A stretch of DNA of 64,000 nt from positions 47,511-111,510 of the forward strand of contig JAWCLH010000003.1 of the NCBI GenBank assembly GCA_038851035.1, given 5' to 3'. The DNA is from Thermoplasmata archaeon (GTDB taxonomy: Archaea; Thermoplasmatota; DTKX01; VGTL01). Below, one piece after another: positions 57,611 through 64,000 of this stretch; positions within the stretch are counted from its first letter, which is position 1; the number at the start of each line of letters is the position of its first letter. Both the position numbers and the translations under genes were made by a program. The notes beneath the pieces were generated by a model, which saw only the letters and a program-made list of their open reading frames with translations, made no database searches and was not told where the DNA came from.

Positions 57611-57874
57611 ACCGGCCAGCGTGTATCATCTTGCCCCTTTTAAAGGTTTTACTGGTCCTCTCCGGGCATAAGGATTGCCCCGGGGTTTTCAGAAAAAGGA
57701 TCGCGCGGGGTTTTCCAAATTCTATACAGGGGCAATCGGAGGGGATCCTACTCTTCTGCAGGGCATCACGCCGTACCACTGCATCCGGCCCTTTTCCTAC
57801 ATCTGACTGGGATGGGGAATCGAGTGGAGTACGACCGGAAGCAATTATTAGCTCCAGCCATATTCCCTGCCCAA

Positions 57875-57947
57875 GGGCCCGTGGGGTAGCTTGGTATCCT
57901 AGGAGCTTTGGGAGCTTCAGACTCCGGTTCAAATCCGGACGGGCCCA
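57875..57947 (+). tRNA. tRNA-Pro (anticodon UGG); its 3' 17-20 nt are duplicated at 62262-62281
   Basis: GGGCCCGTGGGGTAGCTTGGTATCCTAGGAGCTTTGGGAGCTTCAGACTCCGGTTCAAATCCGGACGGGCCCA; anticodon loop TTTGGGA; closely resembles archaeal tRNA-Pro. Confidence 0.85.
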
Positions 57948-58027
57948 TTTTCACCCCCTTTTACCGATAGTGAATGAAGGTCCAGAAGGGGATAAGCTTT
58001 CTCTTCCGGGGACTGGGGAGCTGTCGG

Positions 58028-58840
58028 TCAATCTTGACTTTCCTCCTTCTTTATAGGGCCTGGAATTGGCCCTGGCCTTGTTTTTCTTTCCGAGGGGGCA
58101 TCAGCCTGGCCCGGGACAGACTGCATTTCCTGAGGGGTTTCTGGGGGTCCTGGAGGGCATTCCTGTGGGGGGTGCTGGCCCGAGGCCTCCGGTTTAATCC
58201 TGGCCGGAATAGAGCGCGTCTCCGGTGCTGCGGGTGTCTGAGCCTCCGAAAGGATGCTGCCAGGCCAGGGACACTCGCCCGGCTTCTCCTCCCCTATCAG
58301 AATTCTGCCCATTCTCTCCATAATCCATTCGCCGTCCTGAAGTTCGGCATCACGCTGCCGGTATCCCTGCATAAACGCTTTTTTGAGCCGCGGCTCACCT
58401 AGGAAAACCGGGCCATCTTCCTGTTCTTTTGCTCCGGCACCAAGAGACCTTGCTTTCAACTGGGTTTCCAAGACACGCCGTATCTGCTCCGTCAGGGCCA
58501 AAAGGACCTGAACCGGAGCATGGCCGCCAGAGGCCAAATCGGCTTCGAGCCCCTTGAGTCGGTCAAGATACCTGGCAAGTTCCCAGCCAACATCGATTTC
58601 TGAACTTGTGACATCTGAAGAAGTGTGACATCCGTTCTTCCGGGCTATTCGGTCCTCTGCCACCAATATGGGTTGTGTGACATTCACTATGACGCTTGCG
58701 GGCTTATGGAGCCTGTGCCCGAGCTGGCGGACATTTGCTGGCGTTGTGGAATACTTCCGGGCCAGTACAGTGGCGGGCTGGTCTCCTTTAAGGATATCTG
58801 CTTTGAGGCTCAGGCGGGCCTCAGGGGACATCCTGGTCAA
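58028..58840 (-). CDS. Hypothetical protein with an N-terminal HTH-like region (element-encoded)
   Basis: 270 aa; ATVLARKYSTTPANVRQLGHRL HTH-like segment; Pro/Glu-rich C-terminus. Confidence 0.4.
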   Translation of the reverse strand: MTRMSPEARLSLKADILKGDQPATVLARKYSTTPANVRQLGHRLHKPASVIVNVTQPILVAEDRIARKNGCHTSSDVTSSEIDVGWELARYLDRLKGLEADLASGGHAPVQVLLALTEQIRRVLETQLKARSLGAGAKEQEDGPVFLGEPRLKKAFMQGYRQRDAELQDGEWIMERMGRILIGEEKPGECPWPGSILSEAQTPAAPETRSIPARIKPEASGQHPPQECPPGPPETPQEMQSVPGQADAPSERKTRPGPIPGPIKKEESQD

Positions 58841-58994
58841 GAGAGACCCCTCTGCCCATGCTGCCGGGGTACAGGGCCTGAACCCTGCTGCCTGCCAGGT
58901 CCGGCTTCGGCTCTGTTCCGTATGACTGTTACCTCTAACACAGGGGAATTTGGTATTGGGGTATATCTCGCCCCCATGTTAACATTTGAATTCA

Positions 58995-60098
58995 TTAGCA
59001 GACCCCCCGCGCAACCGGAATGGCCGGTGGGGATGGTGGGTCTGGTTTGGCCCTTATACTGCCGGTTGCACCGCTTGCGCCGGTTGCACCATAGATATCC
59101 GGTTGTACCTTTTTTCCGGTTGCGCTCTTTTTCCTCAGGATTCTTTGAGGACTCGGATACTTCCTTGGGATAATAGGTTTCGGTCTGGGGGTCATAGTCA
59201 AGAATCTTCTTGTCGCCGCGTCGGATTTTTTCCCCAGTCTGACCTTCCAAAAAGTAAACTGTCTGCTGTTTTGTTCATCGGGGGTCTTCGGCCTAGAATT
59301 ACCTCGCGCGTCTCTTGGTTGTGCCGTCTCCTCAAACAGGATATTGGTAGTGGCCAAATCCTTATATATAGAGGGACCACGAATGTCATCAGCATCCGTG
59401 TCCATTATTCGCCCGTTGCTCCTGAATTTTTTACGAAGGTGATGGATTAAAACGAAAAAGACCTTCTCCTTTTGTGATATTTGTTTTATGCTGTCAATGA
59501 ACCGCTTGGCGTCGCCAGGGTCGTCCGGATTTCCGGCGACTGCCAGCTGAAGATTGTCAAGAATCACCAACTCTGCACCTTTTATCAATCTCCGGAAATC
59601 CTGCTCCCTGGTGGGCAGACGCAAAGGGTCCAAATGCTGACATCGAATATAGTCTCTAGCGGTTGGATACATCCTCTCCAGTTTTTCCGTCCGCTGAACC
59701 AAATCATACTGGGAAGATTCCAGGTCAAGATAAGCAACCACAGTCCGTCGAGTCTTTAACCCGAGAAATAGTTCTCCGCTGGCCACAGCGTAAGCCATCT
59801 GCAAAGCAAATTGGGTTTTCCCCGTGCCTTCTCTTCCGCCGATAATAATGTATCCGGGCTCGATGGGGTCCGGTATCAGGTCCTCAATAATAAATGGCGG
59901 TCGAGGTTTCTCCAAGCACTGCCTGCGGTATTCCCTGGCTGAGGGGATGAGGCAATGAATTATCCCCCCACATTTATCTGGAATAACCCCGGCAGTTTTC
60001 TCCTTCCAAGCATTGGGGTCCTTGCCGCCTTGCTGCTGCGGCTCCGAGCCCTGCTGTTCCTGGACCTGATGGTCCTGGCCTCTCAGGTCCTCGGTCAT
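58995..60098 (-). CDS. RepA-like RecA-superfamily ATPase (AAA_25 / primase-helicase C-terminal type) typical of archaeal plasmids and integrated elements
   Basis: Walker A GGREGTGKTQFALQMAYA, Walker B VILDNLQLAV, VFFVLIHHLRKK; Gln-rich N-terminus. Confidence 0.6.
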   Translation of the reverse strand: MTEDLRGQDHQVQEQQGSEPQQQGGKDPNAWKEKTAGVIPDKCGGIIHCLIPSAREYRRQCLEKPRPPFIIEDLIPDPIEPGYIIIGGREGTGKTQFALQMAYAVASGELFLGLKTRRTVVAYLDLESSQYDLVQRTEKLERMYPTARDYIRCQHLDPLRLPTREQDFRRLIKGAELVILDNLQLAVAGNPDDPGDAKRFIDSIKQISQKEKVFFVLIHHLRKKFRSNGRIMDTDADDIRGPSIYKDLATTNILFEETAQPRDARGNSRPKTPDEQNSRQFTFWKVRLGKKSDAATRRFLTMTPRPKPIIPRKYPSPQRILRKKSATGKKVQPDIYGATGASGATGSIRAKPDPPSPPAIPVARGVC

Positions 60099-61027
60099 GA
60101 ATGCACCTCCTCGATTTTCAGAACTGCTGAGCGGTTGAACCGAATCCGCGTATTATCACGGCGGACCAAGACCAGAAACTGAGGGTCATCCTCAATAAGC
60201 TGGATCCCTCTGCATCGCCGCACACCCTCGTCCGGGTCGCGATAAACAACTGAAATATCCCCCGTGCCCTCACCCCCTATATTTGGCTATTTTATAATAT
60301 ATTTAATAAGGGTAATATGCGTTGCGTGGTGTAGGAATAGAATCCTACAATAGGTGATGGGCATGGGAGATAATCGCAGGGCAGGGAAGCGGAAAAGGTT
60401 TGTTGGCCTCTCATATCTTCAATATGAGATATATCAACTCGTTTAATACTCCGGACCTTATTCAATCCCGCATATTATGGAACTTCTTCATCTTCCGAAA
60501 TCATCCCGGCCCGATGTTTATGATGGATCCAACAACTTGTCAAATTCGGTTATCTAAAAAAGCAGCGGACACACTTGGAGAAAATTGGACGCGAATATGG
60601 GGAGCGAGATAAGGGAAAAGACCCTGCTCACTACATTTTTAACCAAGGAAAAATGGGTCCTGGAAGGGGGCCCACTTATGTCTATGTTGACAATCGTCCT
60701 GTCGAAAAAATAATTAATGAAATCAATGACCTCGATAAATCTCTCGGAAGAGGGGGGCTCTCAGGAGATGAGACAAAAAGAATCAATGAAATGAGGTTCG
60801 GGTTATTGAGAAAGCTTCTCTATATCGGACCGAATCTGAAGCCTTCGTGACATTTCGCCATCCGGGAATTGAACATTTTTCAGAAAGTGCTATTCCCCCT
60901 TTTGATGAGTCAGTTTTTCCGTATGGAGCTTTCAGGATAATCTTTAATATCCCGTCCGTATATTATTTTGTCCGCCCGGGGGGCGCTCTGGGACTGCCGA
61001 TACTGCCAGGCATCGAGGGTGGAGACC

Positions 61028-61702
61028 ATGAGGGTGAGAACGATATTGGCGGTGCTTACGCTATTGTGTTTATTGACACCTGTGGATATTATCTCAGCGA
61101 AGACGAATGTCAAGAATGAGACGGTAAATGAAAATGATCATTACTCCGATTGGCTCTTTGGAGTCTCCAAGGGTGACAAGATAGACATTGATGTTACATC
61201 AACGGGCAACATCGATATTTACATCATATCCAACAATCAATATTGGAGCGGTTATCTCGGCATCTATTCGAATTTCACGCCCACCTTTCAGATGCTCAAT
61301 GTCACAACAGCGCATTTCTCCTGGACAAAACCCGATGACCAATCTTACTGCTTGGTGATTGATAATAGAGTCAATGATATCGAAGGCAGCGCGAATCCTG
61401 TCGGTCCGGTGACTATTTCTCTCACTCGTAGCGACCCTTTCTCAGAGAATGTACAAGCAGCTGGTGAAGCACTCAGTTTCTTCTGTCTCGCGGTCATAGT
61501 GATTCTCATAGTGATTGTGGTCCTTATTATTGTTGGAATTGTAATCTATGTAAAGAGAAAATCCCAGAAAACTCCACCGCTGCAGCCCTACCCGCAACAG
61601 CAATATTATCAGCAACAGCCTCAATATGTCCCTGTTCAATATCCGCCTCAGTATCCACAACAGCCTCCCCAACCGCCATATTATCCACCTCAAGGGCGAT
61701 AG
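61028..61702 (+). CDS. Secreted/membrane-anchored protein with signal peptide, C-terminal TM and a Pro/Gln/Tyr-rich tail (start trimmed to MRVRTILAVL)
   Basis: MRVRTILAVLTLLCLLTPVDIISA signal; TM FFCLAVIVILIVIVVLIIVGIVIYV; tail PPLQPYPQQQYYQQQPQYVPVQYPPQYPQQPPQPPYYPPQ; AT-richer codon usage than the host. Confidence 0.45.
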   Translation: MRVRTILAVLTLLCLLTPVDIISAKTNVKNETVNENDHYSDWLFGVSKGDKIDIDVTSTGNIDIYIISNNQYWSGYLGIYSNFTPTFQMLNVTTAHFSWTKPDDQSYCLVIDNRVNDIEGSANPVGPVTISLTRSDPFSENVQAAGEALSFFCLAVIVILIVIVVLIIVGIVIYVKRKSQKTPPLQPYPQQQYYQQQPQYVPVQYPPQYPQQPPQPPYYPPQGR

Positions 61703-62261
61703 TCTGCCGGTCTGCTGCCGGTGACCTGGGGCCTGCTCATAGCCTGCTGACGGACATTCTTGGTATCATAGAACCGGTAACAAGATACCGTCTTCCGTCC
61801 AATAACACGGGTTATTGGACACTCAACGAGCGCGTATTTAAAGTCAACAAGCCTCCAATGCTTATTCATATGCTCGCATTCTGATGCTGTGAAAAACATG
61901 CTTCATTATGCCCGGAACTGAACTGTATTGCGAGTTCTTCTACCATCAAGCCTCTCCCCAACTATCCTCTGTCCTGGGCCTGTCACAGAGCCCAGAAATG
62001 GCCTTTTAGGCAAATGCAAATCGATTTATGGCCAAACCGTGAATCAGCTGTGAAAAATTCTATAACCTGGGTTGAATCATTGAAAAAAGAAAAAACCCCC
62101 GGCCCCGTTTCTAGGACCAGGGGAGAACAGGACACAGGGCGGTTCTGGAATTCCCCGGAATGCTATCCGGGGGCCATTGAGACCGGGTTTTTCGTGCATG
62201 GCCCAGAGGTTCAATACTTGCCTGATTGAAAATGGGTCCACCGATAGTAAAAAAGGCGATT

Positions 62262-62281
62262 TTTAAATCCGGACGGGCCCA
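62262..62281 (+). repeat. Direct repeat of the tRNA-Pro 3' end (putative attR); immediately followed by a 10-bp perfect inverted repeat (62271-62280 / 62297-62306)
   Basis: tttaaatccggacgggccca matches ttcaaatccggacgggccca of the tRNA; ggacgggccc...gggcccgtcc hairpin with a 16-nt loop. Confidence 0.6.
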
Positions 62282-62468
62282 CTACGCAGTTGGTTAGGGC
62301 CCGTCCTTACCTTAAGCAGTCATTTCAGTTGGGGTCATGCGCTTTTGCAATTCGTACGGGTTGGAAGGACGGGAAAATAGGCGTTTGCATGTAAAATAGA
62401 AATTAATAAATGATTTAGAAGATAGCAAGGGAAGATATAAATTCTCCTTTTCTGTATTGTAATTGATT

Positions 62469-64000
62469 ATGACCCATGGGGCACCCTTTAAAAGGGCGGC
62501 GGTCGGGCTGCTGGCGCTTGGCCTAGCTCTTGGATGGTCAGTACTTCCGACCTCCAAGGCCTCGGTCTATCAGCTCAGCGTCTCCTCCCTTGCTCCTGAA
62601 TGGGTCAAGCCCCTCTCCGGGCCGGTTGCGATATTTGGAGTCAATATGTACCAGGACGGGGGCGAGCTCCTGACGGCCGTGGCGGTAAACTTCACGGACG
62701 CCAGCGGGGCTGGCCACTTCGATACATCCGACCTCGCGCCCCTCTCAACGAGTTCCTCGAGCGGTGTGGCTATTTATATTGACAACAAGACGAAGGGCAC
62801 AACAGGGCTCTTCGACCAGTACGACCAGCCTGCGCCACTCTCGGAGGTCCCCGCCTGGACCGTCGTCGGCAACACCTTCAGGACCGTCCTCAAGATGAGC
62901 GGCCTTCAAATCCCTCCCAGCGACCTCGCCAATTATTCAGGACCGGATTTCTTCATTGTCATCAGAACAAGTGCCCTAGCCTCTAACGGTGACAATTTCA
63001 CCGCCTCGCTAGCCTCGGGAGACGTATGGGTTGATGGCGTCCCCTTGGTTTTCTCGTCGGTGGGGACTGGGGTGATCACTGTTGATGCTATCGAGCCGCG
63101 CGCCTGCGCCGGCGATGACTTTACCGCAGAGGAGGGGGAGGAGTGCACATTTTACGGGGGCCTCTCAACGGACAATGTTGGGATTGCGCGATTTATATGG
63201 TCCTTTGGGGACTTTGGGTCCGATGGCGTGGCCAGCGGCTCCTTTGTTTCCCACACCTACAAAGCCCCTGGGCGCTACACCGTTGTGCTGAACGTCACCG
63301 ATCCGGCCGGCAACTCTGATGAAGACACCCTGGTTGTGACCGTCTTGAACATCAACCAGCCCCCAGAGATTATCTCCATCCCTCCGAGCGCGGGGGTCCA
63401 GGGTAGGGACTACACATATTTAATGAGAGCCATAGACCCCGACGGCGACACCCTCACCTTCCTTAAACTCGAGGGCCCGGACGGAATGATTGTGGATTCT
63501 AGCTCCGGCCTTGTTTCCTGGAAACCGGGCGTCACAGACGCAAACCGTACTTTCAGGGTGGTTCTTGGCGTCACGGACGGCATAGCTTCACCGGCCAGCC
63601 AGTCCTATTTCCTCACCGTTCAGAACATCAACGACCCACCGTATTTTAAGAGCCTCCCGGTGCTCATCGCCCTTCAGGGGCGGCCCTATTTTTATCAAGC
63701 CGAGGCCGAGGACCCGGACCACGACGCCCAGCTTGTGTTCTCAATTGTGGCGGGGCCTCGCGGAATGTCCATCGAGGCATTCACGGGTCTCGTCAGCTGG
63801 ACCCCGACCAATGAGCAGGTAGGGCTGAACCGTATTGTGCTGGCCGTCTCAGACGGCGAGTTCACGGCTTACCAGAGCTTCGAGGTGAATGTAACCAATG
63901 CCAACGACCCCCCGCAGATTCACTCCCTTCCTCCGACCATCGCCCAGCAGGGTGTGCTATATGAGTACCAGATTCGGGCTTACGACCCGGACGGCGACGA
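62469..64000 (+). CDS. Partial (N-terminal 510 aa) secreted protein with PKD and repeated cadherin-like/He_PIG Ig-like domains; runs off the window end
   Basis: Signal MTHGAPFKRAAVGLLALGLALGWSVLPTSKA; PKD core FVSHTYKAPGRYTVVLNVTDPAGN; repeats of NxNxPPxxxSxP...Y.Y...A.DPDGDTLTF...GP.GM.VDSSSGLVSW. The frame is open from 62469 to 64000 with host codon usage; it is absent from the track because it lacks a stop. Confidence 0.75.
   Translation, partial: MTHGAPFKRAAVGLLALGLALGWSVLPTSKASVYQLSVSSLAPEWVKPLSGPVAIFGVNMYQDGGELLTAVAVNFTDASGAGHFDTSDLAPLSTSSSSGVAIYIDNKTKGTTGLFDQYDQPAPLSEVPAWTVVGNTFRTVLKMSGLQIPPSDLANYSGPDFFIVIRTSALASNGDNFTASLASGDVWVDGVPLVFSSVGTGVITVDAIEPRACAGDDFTAEEGEECTFYGGLSTDNVGIARFIWSFGDFGSDGVASGSFVSHTYKAPGRYTVVLNVTDPAGNSDEDTLVVTVLNINQPPEIISIPPSAGVQGRDYTYLMRAIDPDGDTLTFLKLEGPDGMIVDSSSGLVSWKPGVTDANRTFRVVLGVTDGIASPASQSYFLTVQNINDPPYFKSLPVLIALQGRPYFYQAEAEDPDHDAQLVFSIVAGPRGMSIEAFTGLVSWTPTNEQVGLNRIVLAVSDGEFTAYQSFEVNVTNANDPPQIHSLPPTIAQQGVLYEYQIRAYDPDGD

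Larger units (their letters stand above)
57948..62281. mobile_element. Putative integrated plasmid-like element (or its remnant) inserted at the 3' end of tRNA-Pro, bounded by a direct repeat of the tRNA 3' end
   Basis: 17-nt exact direct repeat aaatccggacgggccca (57931-57947 and 62265-62281; 20 nt with one mismatch); interior encodes a RepA-like AAA_25 ATPase and an HTH protein on the minus strand; GC drops markedly over 60.2-62.45 kb; no integrase recognised. Confidence 0.45.

Noticed and set aside
57432-58056. ORFs overlapping tRNA-Gly/tRNA-Pro (57432-57932 minus, 57571-58056 plus)
   Set aside because: They span two tRNA genes and the intervening spacer; artefacts
1-64000. CRISPR arrays, rRNA genes, IS-type transposases
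   Set aside because: No short direct repeats with regular spacing, no rRNA-like segments and no transposase/DDE or IS terminal inverted repeats were seen anywhere in the window. The only mobile-element signal is the tRNA-Pro att duplication

Overview
GC-rich (~60-65% GC) archaeal chromosomal window; the coding style is euryarchaeal or DPANN-like. Core housekeeping content: (1) a partial ADP-forming acetyl-CoA synthetase (minus strand), followed by a thiolase x2 / DUF35 x2 / cupin operon and a bacterial-style pfkA-pyk pair; (2) a sharply AT-rich island (7.45-10.76 kb) carrying cdc6/orc1 and an archaeal signal peptidase, flanked by two inverted ORB-like dyads each with a G-string, so a probable oriC; (3) a conserved ftsZ-ftsZ-secE-spt5-rpl11-rpl1-rplP0-rplP1 cluster; (4) three tRNAs (Glu-UUC, Gly-GCC, Pro-UGG); (5) an Ogg1-type glycosylase + DUF123 + Zn-ribbon operon and a saccharopine-dehydrogenase / LKR-like / class-III aminotransferase cluster. 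Accessory content: a giant transmembrane-TPR protein (1934 aa); two paralogous surface proteins with unusual (G)LVNGRG tandem repeats, one of which has an AT-rich 3' insertion encoding a lamin-tail-like module; an FG-GAP/cadherin-like surface protein ending in a cytoplasmic zinc ribbon; and an orphan HEPN. The most notable locus (26.4-39.4 kb) is a putative signalling array with one intact KaiC/RecA-like ATPase embedded in a translationally coupled operon with five P-loop-less KaiC-like paralogs (conserved DRPH/DRPK motif), one of them TPR-fused. The array also includes a divergent gene pair encoding a 7-TM protein with the same degenerate domain plus a TM-ASCH protein, and multi-PAS sensor genes on both flanks. 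A ~4.3 kb putative integrated element lies 3' of tRNA-Pro. It is delimited by a 17-nt exact direct repeat of the tRNA 3' end and carries a RepA-like AAA_25 ATPase, but no recognisable integrase. Many long antisense ORFs in the track are GC-driven artefacts and were not called.
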